Source: Sedimentisphaerales bacterium (lineage in GTDB: Bacteria; Planctomycetota; Phycisphaerae; Sedimentisphaerales; SM23-30). Taken from it: 64,000 nt of DNA. Under the pieces are notes generated by a model. That model worked only from the letters and a program-made list of their open reading frames with translations, was not told the DNA's origin and did not search any database. A program made the translations under genes and the position numbers. Shown here one piece after another: positions 55,224 to 64,000 of this stretch (positions are counted from its first letter, which is position 1; each line of letters starts with the position of its first letter). The stretch spans positions 416,001-480,000 of the forward strand of contig CAXXFK010000028.1 in the NCBI GenBank assembly GCA_963663965.2, given 5' to 3'.

Positions 55224-58178
55224 ATGGATAAACAATTAAAATTGGCAATGGTAATCCTGTTAGGATGCTTGGCCATACTGGCATTAACCCTTGAACTATT
55301 CGCAGAAGATGCCATTGAACCACGGCAAAAGCTAAATTTAGATTATGACTGGCGGTTTCAATTGGGTGATCAGGATGGACTGCAAGGACCAACATATGAC
55401 GATGCAGATTGGCTTTTACTGGATCTGCCTCATGACTGGAGTATCGAAGGGGAGTATTCGCCCGATAACACCCCTCAAAACGCATGGTTACCGGGTGGGA
55501 TTGGGTGGTATCGCAAACATTTTACCGTACCGGAAAGCTGGATAAATCAAAAGGTATTGATTCAGTTTGAAGGCGTTTATATGAATAGTGATGTTTGGCT
55601 TAACGGTCATCATCTGGGTAATCGCCCTTATGGATATATCAGTTTTCAGTATGATTTGACGCCATATTTGAAAAAAGGGGATAATATTCTGGCGGTGCGT
55701 TGTGATAATTCTTTGCAGCCCAGTAGCCGCTGGTATTCCGGCAGCGGAATCTACGGCCATGTTCGATTGCTGCTGTTGCCAAAGCTTTATGTGATTCCCT
55801 GGGGAGGGGTATTTGTCAGGCCCGCCAGTCAATCTGACTCAAATATGACGGAATTAAAGGTTAGTATTGAGTTATTTAACGAAGCCCAGATGAATGAAAT
55901 TGAAATAGCTAACCGCCTGTTTTCTCAAGATGGCGACTTGGTTGCCGAAACGATAAATACGATTCAAGCCCAAAGTCAGACCCTCTCTACCATCGATATG
56001 ACTATGAAGGTAAAGGATCCAGTATTCTGGTCACCGGATAATCCATATCTATATCGATTTGAAACGATACTCAGCAATCATGGCCGTATCGTCGACAGGG
56101 ATTCATTCGCCTATGGCATTCGGATCTTGAAATGGGACAGCGAATCGGGTTTCTGGCTTAATGGGATCAATACCAAATTACATGGTGTTTGTGAACATCA
56201 TGATGGCGGCCCGGTTGGAGCGGCCATCCCCGACAAGTTGTTGGAATGGCGCTTGCGTCTCCTGAAAGAAATGGGTTGTAATGCGATTCGTACCGCTCAT
56301 AATCCACGTACTCCGACATTTTATGATATGTGTGACCGGATAGGATTGCTGGTCATGGATGAAGTCTTTGACGGATGGCGTCAAAAGGCAACCTATGATT
56401 ATGGGGCTCGTTTCTTTAATGAGTGGTGGCAGCGGGATGTCACAGACTGGGTTCGACGTGACCGCAATTATGCCTGTGTTTTTCTATACAGTATCGGTAA
56501 TGAAACGGGGCATACCGATGTGAATCATATTACAGATTTCATTCATAAATTGGATGACAGTCGACAGGTTACCGGCGGAACCTGTTTCTATGGGGTCGAT
56601 GTGGCTGGATTTAACGGCCCCGGCGGCACCCCGGGTACCATGGAAAAGTTTCGAAAGGATAATCCTGGCGTTCCTGTTATTTTAACCGAAGAACCTCATA
56701 CCCTGCAAACTCGCGGGTTCTACCGGGTGCCTACCTGGTGGCGGGATAAAAACAATCCCCGGTTTGACTTTGAACCCTATGGCGCCACACAGATCTTTTT
56801 CGATGGGCATGAACGCTACCATTCATCTTATGACAATGCCTTGGTCCGAATGAATAGCCGCTATTCTCTGAAACGGACAGAATCAACCCCGTGGCTGAGT
56901 GGCGAGTTTCGCTGGACAGGCTTCGATTGCCTGGGAGAAGCGCAGTTTATGGGAGCGGAGTTCTGTAAACGGATTTATAATCCTGGTATAATCGATCTGG
57001 CGGGGTTTCCTAAAGATAGCTATTACTTATATCAGAGCCAGTGGACGGATAAACCCATGGTGCATGTTCTGCCCCATTGGACCCATCGGCATCTGAAAGA
57101 AGCGACAGTTATTCCAGTCGTAGCATATTCCAATTGCCAGGAAGTGGAACTTTGGTTGAACCATAAGAGCCTGGGGCGGAAAGAAAGGGGAGAATTACTG
57201 GATTTTGTCTGGAATGTGCCCTATGAACCCGGTGAAATGAAAGCGGTTGGTTATCAAAATAATACGCCCCAGGTAACGAAAATTATCCGGACTGCCGGCG
57301 ATCCGGTCGCCATCCGGTTGCAGACGAATAGTAACAACCTCTTGGCTGACCGACGTGACATGGCGTTGGTCACCTTTGATGTGGTTGACGCGGAAGATAA
57401 CAGGGTTCCATGGGCTTCCAATCGGATAGATTTTTCCTGGGCCGGCCCCGTTAAGCGCCTTGGATTTGAAAACGGTGACCCAATGGATCCCACCCCTCAT
57501 CGAAAGGCTTATCGAAGAACCTTTTATGGCATGGGAAGAGGCTTCTTTCAGGCAACGGATGAATCCGGCCCGATTGAAATGACTGCGGCTGCCATTCTGG
57601 GTGATACGTTGTTTCAAGATCACACACAGGTTGCGATTGATATTCAACGTTTGAGTTTGCGTGATGGCTTGCAGCCGGTGTCTTTCAGTATCCATTATAC
57701 CATTGATGATTCAGAACCGACGGTTGACTCCCCCTTATATAACGGTCCTTTTGTATTGACAGAAAAAACAACGGTTAAGGCCTTAATTCTCAGAGATGGC
57801 CAACCATTTCTGTGCTTGAAATCCGATTTCATTAAGGGGGCCGAACCACGAGTCACGGACGTACGTTTCCAACAAGCTATAGAAAATACGCCAGATCCTT
57901 ATTTGGGGCCATATGATGAGGAAATTGTTGGGCAATGGTTTGAAAATAACCGGATATTCGAATTTAGGGCGGATGGTACGGTGCATCGGCTGAGACCGGC
58001 TCCCCAAATGATAGGATGGTGGTGGTATGATTATCCCAACGATGTTTTTGAAGCCGAAAATGATACCGGTTCGGGAGAATTGCATTGGAAAGATTCAGGA
58101 CGCAGAAGTAAGCTCAAACTGACAACAGATAAAAAAATATTGAAGGTAGACAATCGAACCTGGAACAAATCTATATAA
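55224..58178 (+). CDS. Secreted GH2 glycoside hydrolase with Fn3-associated (chitobiase C-terminal-like) module
   Basis: LPHDWSIE, GIGWYRKHF, SRWYSGSGIY, NAIRTAHNP, YSIGNE, GEFRWTGFDCLGE, IHYTIDDSEPT..YNGPF. Confidence 0.9.
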   Translation: MDKQLKLAMVILLGCLAILALTLELFAEDAIEPRQKLNLDYDWRFQLGDQDGLQGPTYDDADWLLLDLPHDWSIEGEYSPDNTPQNAWLPGGIGWYRKHFTVPESWINQKVLIQFEGVYMNSDVWLNGHHLGNRPYGYISFQYDLTPYLKKGDNILAVRCDNSLQPSSRWYSGSGIYGHVRLLLLPKLYVIPWGGVFVRPASQSDSNMTELKVSIELFNEAQMNEIEIANRLFSQDGDLVAETINTIQAQSQTLSTIDMTMKVKDPVFWSPDNPYLYRFETILSNHGRIVDRDSFAYGIRILKWDSESGFWLNGINTKLHGVCEHHDGGPVGAAIPDKLLEWRLRLLKEMGCNAIRTAHNPRTPTFYDMCDRIGLLVMDEVFDGWRQKATYDYGARFFNEWWQRDVTDWVRRDRNYACVFLYSIGNETGHTDVNHITDFIHKLDDSRQVTGGTCFYGVDVAGFNGPGGTPGTMEKFRKDNPGVPVILTEEPHTLQTRGFYRVPTWWRDKNNPRFDFEPYGATQIFFDGHERYHSSYDNALVRMNSRYSLKRTESTPWLSGEFRWTGFDCLGEAQFMGAEFCKRIYNPGIIDLAGFPKDSYYLYQSQWTDKPMVHVLPHWTHRHLKEATVIPVVAYSNCQEVELWLNHKSLGRKERGELLDFVWNVPYEPGEMKAVGYQNNTPQVTKIIRTAGDPVAIRLQTNSNNLLADRRDMALVTFDVVDAEDNRVPWASNRIDFSWAGPVKRLGFENGDPMDPTPHRKAYRRTFYGMGRGFFQATDESGPIEMTAAAILGDTLFQDHTQVAIDIQRLSLRDGLQPVSFSIHYTIDDSEPTVDSPLYNGPFVLTEKTTVKALILRDGQPFLCLKSDFIKGAEPRVTDVRFQQAIENTPDPYLGPYDEEIVGQWFENNRIFEFRADGTVHRLRPAPQMIGWWWYDYPNDVFEAENDTGSGELHWKDSGRRSKLKLTTDKKILKVDNRTWNKSI

Positions 58179-58275
58179 AACTACCTGACAAAACTCATTT
58201 CGTTAGGGCTCTTAGCCTAAATAGACTATGTGATTCTAAAGGACAATAAACCGACAACTAGATTGGATTAACTGC

Positions 58276-60855
58276 ATGAGATTAACTACAGCGAAAGCGA
58301 CTCTATATTGGAATATCATGTTCCTGTGGGCTTTAATGCCTTTATGCTTCTGTCAGGCTGAACAATTAATTGATGGTTCCCGGTTAACTCAGTTAACGGA
58401 TGATGGGTTGTCATCGGCGCTTAGCTGGGCCTGGCATGGCGACTGGATTGCGATTCGGCGCTCGCTACCTACCGGCAGTCAAAGCCAGTTGGTCATTTTA
58501 AATACTGCCAATGGCGACGAACGGATCATTTCACCTATCGGTAGCCCATTTTTCCTGCAATGGTCCTGGGGGAGTGACCAGATCGCGTTCGAAATGTCCA
58601 ATGAATCCAACTCCGAAAGCCAGGGGGCAGTATATCTATATTCTATGGCGGATAATCGTTATAGCAGTATATCACAGCCCTGTTTACGGAAAGGGCTCGA
58701 TCCGGATGATGGCCCGTTCTGGTCTGCAGATGACAATATGCTGATCTATGAAATGACCCCGGCTTCTACCGGTAAGCGTCAGACCTGGCTGACAGATGTG
58801 ACTACTGGTAAAAGCTGGCAGCTATTACCTGAACGAGGGCAGGCGCGGGAACAGCGATGGAATTACGCTAATCCTGGACGTATCTGCCTGCAGGTCGAAG
58901 CGCCCGGCGGCTGGGATGTCGCTACTGTTAATCCGGATGGCCGCAACTTTGTTCAGTTAACGGATATTGGTGTGGAAACGATTCTTACGGGCAACCCCCG
59001 CTGGTCGCCAATAGGTGATTGGATCGCGTTTACCTATGCTAAAGACATGACTCAAACCGAGCGGCTGGGAGGGGCGCGTGATTGCTGGATTGCCCGCCCG
59101 GATGGCAGTGATTTAAGAAATCTGACCAATGCGACGACTCCGGTTACGGAAAAGCGCTTGATTCTGGAAAAACCGTTCTGGTCATGGGATAGTCGCTGGT
59201 TGCTTTTTGAAGGAGATCGTCTGGATATTCAAGGCATGGTGATTCCATGTGTCTATTTAATCGATCCGGTTAATGGCGGCTATGAAATGCTGTTGACAAC
59301 TTATCCGCGTGAAAATAGTACCATGGAAACGATAAGAGCACTGAAATGGGCTTATAACAGTAAACAGATTGCGGTCATGGGAAATCGATGGATTGTGCGC
59401 AACTGGGGGCCCGAAGTTCAATATGAACGAAAAAAGACGTTTATAGCTATTTTTGATTTGAAAACTCGTCAGAGAACAGACTTGCTGGTGTTAGATGATG
59501 AGCAGGACCGCAAAACAATCATGGGGGACGATGACCGGGATGTTTTTGAAGATATCTGGTGGTCCCCGGATAGCCGTTCGCTTATTTTCACGATCGGTGA
59601 GATCATTAGCGTCTCTGACAACCTTTATCGGAATAATGTATATCGACTGGATTTGCCGGCGGCGTTTATCGGCCCCGAAACCGATGGTCCGGTTTTGGGG
59701 CGTGAAGACGCCTTGACTGTGATTAATGATAAAAAGGATGGTGATGATGGCGCTGTGGATGATACCCTTGTTCCAATCGATACCAAAACGGAAACACTCC
59801 CAGATAAAACCAGTGCCGAAGTCACAGAAGTGATTCAGCCCATGCACATGACAGTTGACGAGGCGGTTACGTCTCTGGATAATAAGTACAGTAGTTATTT
59901 TACGACCAATACGACTCGTAATGTCTTGCTATTTAAAGGACCACGTTCTGTATTGGCGGAATTGAAGGCTGATTTGCAGCAGATTGACACCGAACCCCCG
60001 CAAATCATGGTGGATTTGCTGGCGGTGGAATTAACTGATGAAGCGAATCGCAGCCTGGGGTTGGACTGGACCTATTCCAAAGGACGCATAGGATTGTTTC
60101 AGCCGGCCGGCAACGCCATTCGTGATCTGACGCCCTATTCCGGTCTGAATGGCCTGACGACCTATCCCGGTGTTGGCCAGATGTTTTATCAAGGTGTTGG
60201 CCGGTTGCCGGAGGAATTTTTTGTCAGGGTCAATAGCTTTGTGCAGGATGGCAAAGGGACAATCCTGGCCAATCCTCGTACGGTTTCCATTAGCGGGCAG
60301 GAATCCCGTATCCAGATCCGCAAAACTCTGAATTACTTCTTTAATGAAGGATATGACACTGCCGGCCGACCGATTGTCAAAAAAAGCGATATTTCCGCCG
60401 ATACTGAGGGCCGGATTACCCCTATTCTCCTGGGGGATGGCCGGATTCATATGACTGTCGATATCAAAGTGGGGAGTTTTACTTTCACGCCCGAAGCCGG
60501 TCTGCCCGAACAGACCAACCGCGAATCGACGGCAGTCGTCACGGTCAGTGAAGGAGAAACTCTGGTACTGGGGGGCTTAAGGCAGCAGGAAATGAACAAA
60601 TCGACGGTTAAGGTTCCGATTCTGGGAGATATCCCGCTATTGGGTTTATTGTTTAAAAAGGAAGAAAAACAGGTTAAACACAGCGTCCTGACCTTATTTA
60701 TTACGCCGCATATTTTAAAAGAGGGCGAACCCACCCCGGATTGGCAGCAATTAAAGAAAATGAATGGTGACGATGATATCTTTACCGAGTCCCTGACCAA
60801 ATGGTTGCGGCTGGCCGGGCATGAAAATCTATTGGAATCAGTCGAAATGGAATAA
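58276..60855 (+). CDS. Secretin (N3 + secretin core) fused to an N-terminal TolB/PD40-like beta-propeller
   Basis: Signal peptide; repeats FWSADD, PRWSPIGDWIAF, ARPDGSDLRNLT, WSWDSRWLLF, WWSPDSRSLIF; N3-like NVLLFKG..LQQIDT; core QIMVD..LGLDW, ILANPR, GETLVLGGL, KVPILGDIPLLGLLFK, LFITPHIL. Confidence 0.85.
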   Translation: MRLTTAKATLYWNIMFLWALMPLCFCQAEQLIDGSRLTQLTDDGLSSALSWAWHGDWIAIRRSLPTGSQSQLVILNTANGDERIISPIGSPFFLQWSWGSDQIAFEMSNESNSESQGAVYLYSMADNRYSSISQPCLRKGLDPDDGPFWSADDNMLIYEMTPASTGKRQTWLTDVTTGKSWQLLPERGQAREQRWNYANPGRICLQVEAPGGWDVATVNPDGRNFVQLTDIGVETILTGNPRWSPIGDWIAFTYAKDMTQTERLGGARDCWIARPDGSDLRNLTNATTPVTEKRLILEKPFWSWDSRWLLFEGDRLDIQGMVIPCVYLIDPVNGGYEMLLTTYPRENSTMETIRALKWAYNSKQIAVMGNRWIVRNWGPEVQYERKKTFIAIFDLKTRQRTDLLVLDDEQDRKTIMGDDDRDVFEDIWWSPDSRSLIFTIGEIISVSDNLYRNNVYRLDLPAAFIGPETDGPVLGREDALTVINDKKDGDDGAVDDTLVPIDTKTETLPDKTSAEVTEVIQPMHMTVDEAVTSLDNKYSSYFTTNTTRNVLLFKGPRSVLAELKADLQQIDTEPPQIMVDLLAVELTDEANRSLGLDWTYSKGRIGLFQPAGNAIRDLTPYSGLNGLTTYPGVGQMFYQGVGRLPEEFFVRVNSFVQDGKGTILANPRTVSISGQESRIQIRKTLNYFFNEGYDTAGRPIVKKSDISADTEGRITPILLGDGRIHMTVDIKVGSFTFTPEAGLPEQTNRESTAVVTVSEGETLVLGGLRQQEMNKSTVKVPILGDIPLLGLLFKKEEKQVKHSVLTLFITPHILKEGEPTPDWQQLKKMNGDDDIFTESLTKWLRLAGHENLLESVEME

Positions 60856-60901
60856 AAATAATGGGGATTTCATGAATCGTTGATACATCCTGTCATAGGA
60901 T

Positions 60902-60936
60902 AAAAAAAGCCGGATCTGTTTAATGATCCGGCTTTT
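60902..60936. terminator. Bidirectional terminator between the secretin gene and gpmI
   Basis: A7-GCCGGATC-tgtttaat-GATCCGGC-TTTT. Confidence 0.82.
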
Positions 60937-60959
60937 CAGGTCTCATGTTTTGTTGGATT

Positions 60960-62537
60960 TTAATGAATAATGATCGTTTTTCCGGTCATTTCTTCTGGCT
61001 GGGAAACTCCCATGATATCCAGGCAGGTTGGAATGACATCTGCCAGCCGGCCGTCTTCACGAAGTTTACAGACTTTAAGTTCTTTATCTACCACGATAAA
61101 CGGTACTGGGTAGGTCGTGTGAGCGGTATGAGGTCCATTGGTCGTGACATCCCACATGAGTTCAAGGTTGCCATGATCCGCCAGTACGACTGCGGAACCC
61201 CCCATCGCTTCAATTTTTTCGATGATTCGTCCAACACAGGTATCTACCGTTTCAGCAGCCTTGATAGCCGCTTGCATGTCCCCGGTATGTCCGACCATGT
61301 CGGGATTGGCAAAATTAATCACCATGACATCATATTCGTTAGAATCCAGACGTTTTAGTACTTGATCGCAGACTTCATATGCGGACATTTCGGGCTTTTC
61401 ATCGTATGTCCTCACCTTGGGAGATGGGACAATCTGGCGGTCTTCACCCGGGAAGGGGGGTTCGGTATAATCGTTAAAGAAAAAGGTGACGTGGGCGTAT
61501 TTTTCGGTTTCGGCGCAGCGAAACTGTTTCAAACCCAGTTTCGACCAGTATTCGCCGACGATATTTTTCATTTTTGGCGGTTTTTTAAAGGCCACCGGCG
61601 CCGGGATCGTCTTATCGTATTCGGTCAGGCAGACATAATACAGTTGGGGTAACGCGCCTCGATCGAAAGCGGAAAATTCAGGATCGACGAATGCCCGGGT
61701 AATTTCCCGTGGTCGATCACCCCGAAAATTGAAAAATACTACCGAATCGCCATCTTCTACCAATGCGATCGGATTGCCATTGGCATCGGTTATATTGGTT
61801 GGCTCGACAAATTCATCCGTAATTTGATGGTCATAACTGGCCTGAATCGCTTCGATGGCGTTACTCGCGCGCTCGCCCTTACCATTTCGCATACATTGAT
61901 AAGCTTTTTCAACACGGTCCCAGCGCTGATCACGATCCATACCATAGAAGCGTCCCATGACTGAGGCAAACTGACCGACGCCCATTTCGTCCATTTTGCT
62001 TTGGATGTCAGTTAAGTATCCTTTGCCGCTGGTGGGTGGGGAATCACGACCATCCATTAAAGGGTGGACGAAGACACGGTCTAAATCATTACGCTTACAC
62101 ATTTCCAACAGCCCATACAGATGCCCAAGCAGGGAATGTACTCCGATATCGCTGGCCAGGCCGATAAAATGGATTTTGGACTGGTTTTTCTTGGCATTGT
62201 CAATCGCCTTCAGCAACTCTTCATTTTCAAAAAAGGTGCCTTGACGGATTTCATTGGTGAGGCGCATCGATTCCTGAAAAACAATCCGGCCGGCTCCAAT
62301 ATTCTGATGGCCCACTTCACTATTACCCATAGTTCCCGGTGGAAGGCCCACATCTTCCCCGCTGGTTCGAATCAGAGTCCAGCTATATTCACGATTGAGC
62401 CGGTCTGCGGTAGGCGTATTGGCTACACGCGTTGCGTCATAAGCATGCATGGCGGGGTCTTCGTTGTATCCCCACCCATCACGGATGATTATCGCAAACG
62501 GGCGTGTACGTAATTTGGGTTTTATGGCTTCTGGCAT
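60960..62537 (-). CDS. gpmI: 2,3-bisphosphoglycerate-independent phosphoglycerate mutase
   Basis: IRDGWG, MGNSEVGHQNIGAGR, DGRD, GRFYGMDRD, AETEKYAHVTFF, NFANPDMVGHTG, ADHGN, HTAHT. Confidence 0.96.
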   Translation of the reverse strand: MPEAIKPKLRTRPFAIIIRDGWGYNEDPAMHAYDATRVANTPTADRLNREYSWTLIRTSGEDVGLPPGTMGNSEVGHQNIGAGRIVFQESMRLTNEIRQGTFFENEELLKAIDNAKKNQSKIHFIGLASDIGVHSLLGHLYGLLEMCKRNDLDRVFVHPLMDGRDSPPTSGKGYLTDIQSKMDEMGVGQFASVMGRFYGMDRDQRWDRVEKAYQCMRNGKGERASNAIEAIQASYDHQITDEFVEPTNITDANGNPIALVEDGDSVVFFNFRGDRPREITRAFVDPEFSAFDRGALPQLYYVCLTEYDKTIPAPVAFKKPPKMKNIVGEYWSKLGLKQFRCAETEKYAHVTFFFNDYTEPPFPGEDRQIVPSPKVRTYDEKPEMSAYEVCDQVLKRLDSNEYDVMVINFANPDMVGHTGDMQAAIKAAETVDTCVGRIIEKIEAMGGSAVVLADHGNLELMWDVTTNGPHTAHTTYPVPFIVVDKELKVCKLREDGRLADVIPTCLDIMGVSQPEEMTGKTIIIH

Positions 62538-63077
62538 ATTGAATCCTCTCTGTTTTTGTTTTTTACTTGGGTTTATTCAGTTTCGTGGTGAGTGTGCATT
62601 GAGAGCGCTGGATTCCAGAATCCTGTCATCAGTTGGAAGCAGAGAGACTGGAGGATAATATGAAAATGCCCCTGTTGGATTTCTCTCTCAGGTTTGCACG
62701 GTCTCTCACTCATGAACATTTTTTCAAGCGCTCGGTTAATTTTAGTGCGACAAAACGAATATTGACTGGTATTTTGGGAAAACTATCTGTTTTGTTTCGT
62801 ATTGTAGCGTTTATCCAACACTAGAAATAGCAAAAAGATGCCGGTCCTGATGGTTGTGGCTTGGTTTGCCTGTGCCCAACAGGTATACTGGACGGAGTAG
62901 TAAAGATAGCTTTAACGAGGTGAATAATCAAGGACATTGTCTCTGAAATGTCGCAACAGACCCTGGCGGGGAAAATGTCATTTCCGCTTATCAGGATCGG
63001 CAGCACAGAGCGACTTGAATTGTAACTTTTGTTTTAATAGTGAGTTAAAGCGCAGTTGAAGAGACTGGAACTGGATA

Positions 63078-64000
63078 ATGATTAAATCCATGCATAAAAT
63101 GTCTATTCGGATTGTATCGATTATCGTGATTATATCGATGATCGGAATCGTATCGGTTTTATCGGTATCGGCGCAGACGTCGAATGACACGACTGTTTAC
63201 GAGACGTTATTGCGTCAGGCAGAGCATGCTTCTAACGGTTCGATGTGGGAAAATGCCTGCGAATTTTATGAAGAAGCCCTCAAGTTTACTCAGGTTGAAC
63301 AACGTGAGGATGTTGAATTAAAACTGGAGATGTGTCGAGCTCATTGGGCGGTAGATAAACGTTATGGGGATGGTTCGGTTGCCAAACATATCCGGTCTCT
63401 TAGCTTTGAACAGGGTTGCGATATCGTCAAGCGTATCTGGATGACCATTCGAGAGCAATTTTATCAGCCGCTTGATACGGATAGAATCATTCATAAAGCA
63501 TTAATGCAAATGATAATGGTGCTTGAAAAAAAACTCGAGAGTGATTTGGACCGATTAAATCGTGAAACCATAGAACGATTGAGTAAGGATCTTCAGGAAA
63601 TTCTAAATGAGGTTAAACGGACTAGTGATTATGGCTTTGACCGGCTCTATTATCGCTTGTCCGGACTGAGTATACAAAGTGAAAAGGCTGGTTTGGGTGA
63701 TGCCTGGCCCATGGTTGAGCTGGCTTATGCCCTGGCCGCCTCACTGGACCGTTATAGTTACCTCTTAAGCCCGGAACAATATGATCGCATGTATGATCAA
63801 CTATTGGGGCATTATAGCGGCATTGGAGTCGATTTGATCTTTACCGACCAATATCCTTTCGTTTTTGATGTGGTCCCCGGTGGATCAGCGCAACAGAGCG
63901 GAATTAAACCAGGAGATCGGCTGCATAAGGTGGATGGCAAGGATTTGAATGGTAAAAATTCTGAGGAAGTTCGCAAACTTTTAACTGGTGAGCAGAACTC
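63078..64000 (+). CDS. S41-family C-terminal processing protease with PDZ domain (5' part, runs off the window; not in ORF track)
   Basis: Hand translation open from ATG 63078 to the window end: signal/TM, then ASLDRYSYLLSP, HYSGIGV, VVPGGSAQQSGIKPGDRLHKVDG, VRKLLTG. Confidence 0.82.
   Translation, partial: MIKSMHKMSIRIVSIIVIISMIGIVSVLSVSAQTSNDTTVYETLLRQAEHASNGSMWENACEFYEEALKFTQVEQREDVELKLEMCRAHWAVDKRYGDGSVAKHIRSLSFEQGCDIVKRIWMTIREQFYQPLDTDRIIHKALMQMIMVLEKKLESDLDRLNRETIERLSKDLQEILNEVKRTSDYGFDRLYYRLSGLSIQSEKAGLGDAWPMVELAYALAASLDRYSYLLSPEQYDRMYDQLLGHYSGIGVDLIFTDQYPFVFDVVPGGSAQQSGIKPGDRLHKVDGKDLNGKNSEEVRKLLTGEQN

Noticed and set aside
62600..62700. Glycine riboswitch resemblance (GAGAGC..CTCTCAGG)
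   Set aside because: Lacks the conserved CCGAAG element and has no glycine-related gene downstream

Overview
Bacterial chromosome window, most likely a Planctomycete of the Phycisphaerae/Sedimentisphaerales type. This is inferred from C-terminal dockerin-like 'DxNxxCxVxxxD...W' repeats, LamG/lamin-tail/CotH surface proteins and an ECF sigma plus FecR-NPCBM pair. The left half (1-32.3 kb) is accessory. It holds a CotH kinase-VTC-DUF4956 operon, two secreted modular proteins sharing a duplicated ~200-aa N-terminal domain, and an ECF/anti-sigma pair. It also holds a 16.5-kb transporter-less glucuronoarabinoxylan cluster (tandem CE1, GH51, GH43, GH115, GH2, SGNH, frameshifted GH10, GH10-GH62 fusion) that ends just past the 3' end of tRNA-Ala(GGC). 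The right half is mostly housekeeping: cysteine desulfurase family, CapD-like dehydratase, UDP-glucuronate decarboxylase, nadC, birA, lnt, class IV aminotransferase, clpX, fabI, glmS, gpmI and a partial S41 protease. Scattered among these are GH95, GH2, a glycosyltransferase, DUF4139 and an unusual orphan secretin fused to a TolB-like beta-propeller. The best candidates for an undescribed system are the VTC/DUF4956/CotH module and the propeller-secretin. No CRISPR array, integrase or transposase was seen. All calls come from motif recognition by eye; no database search was run.
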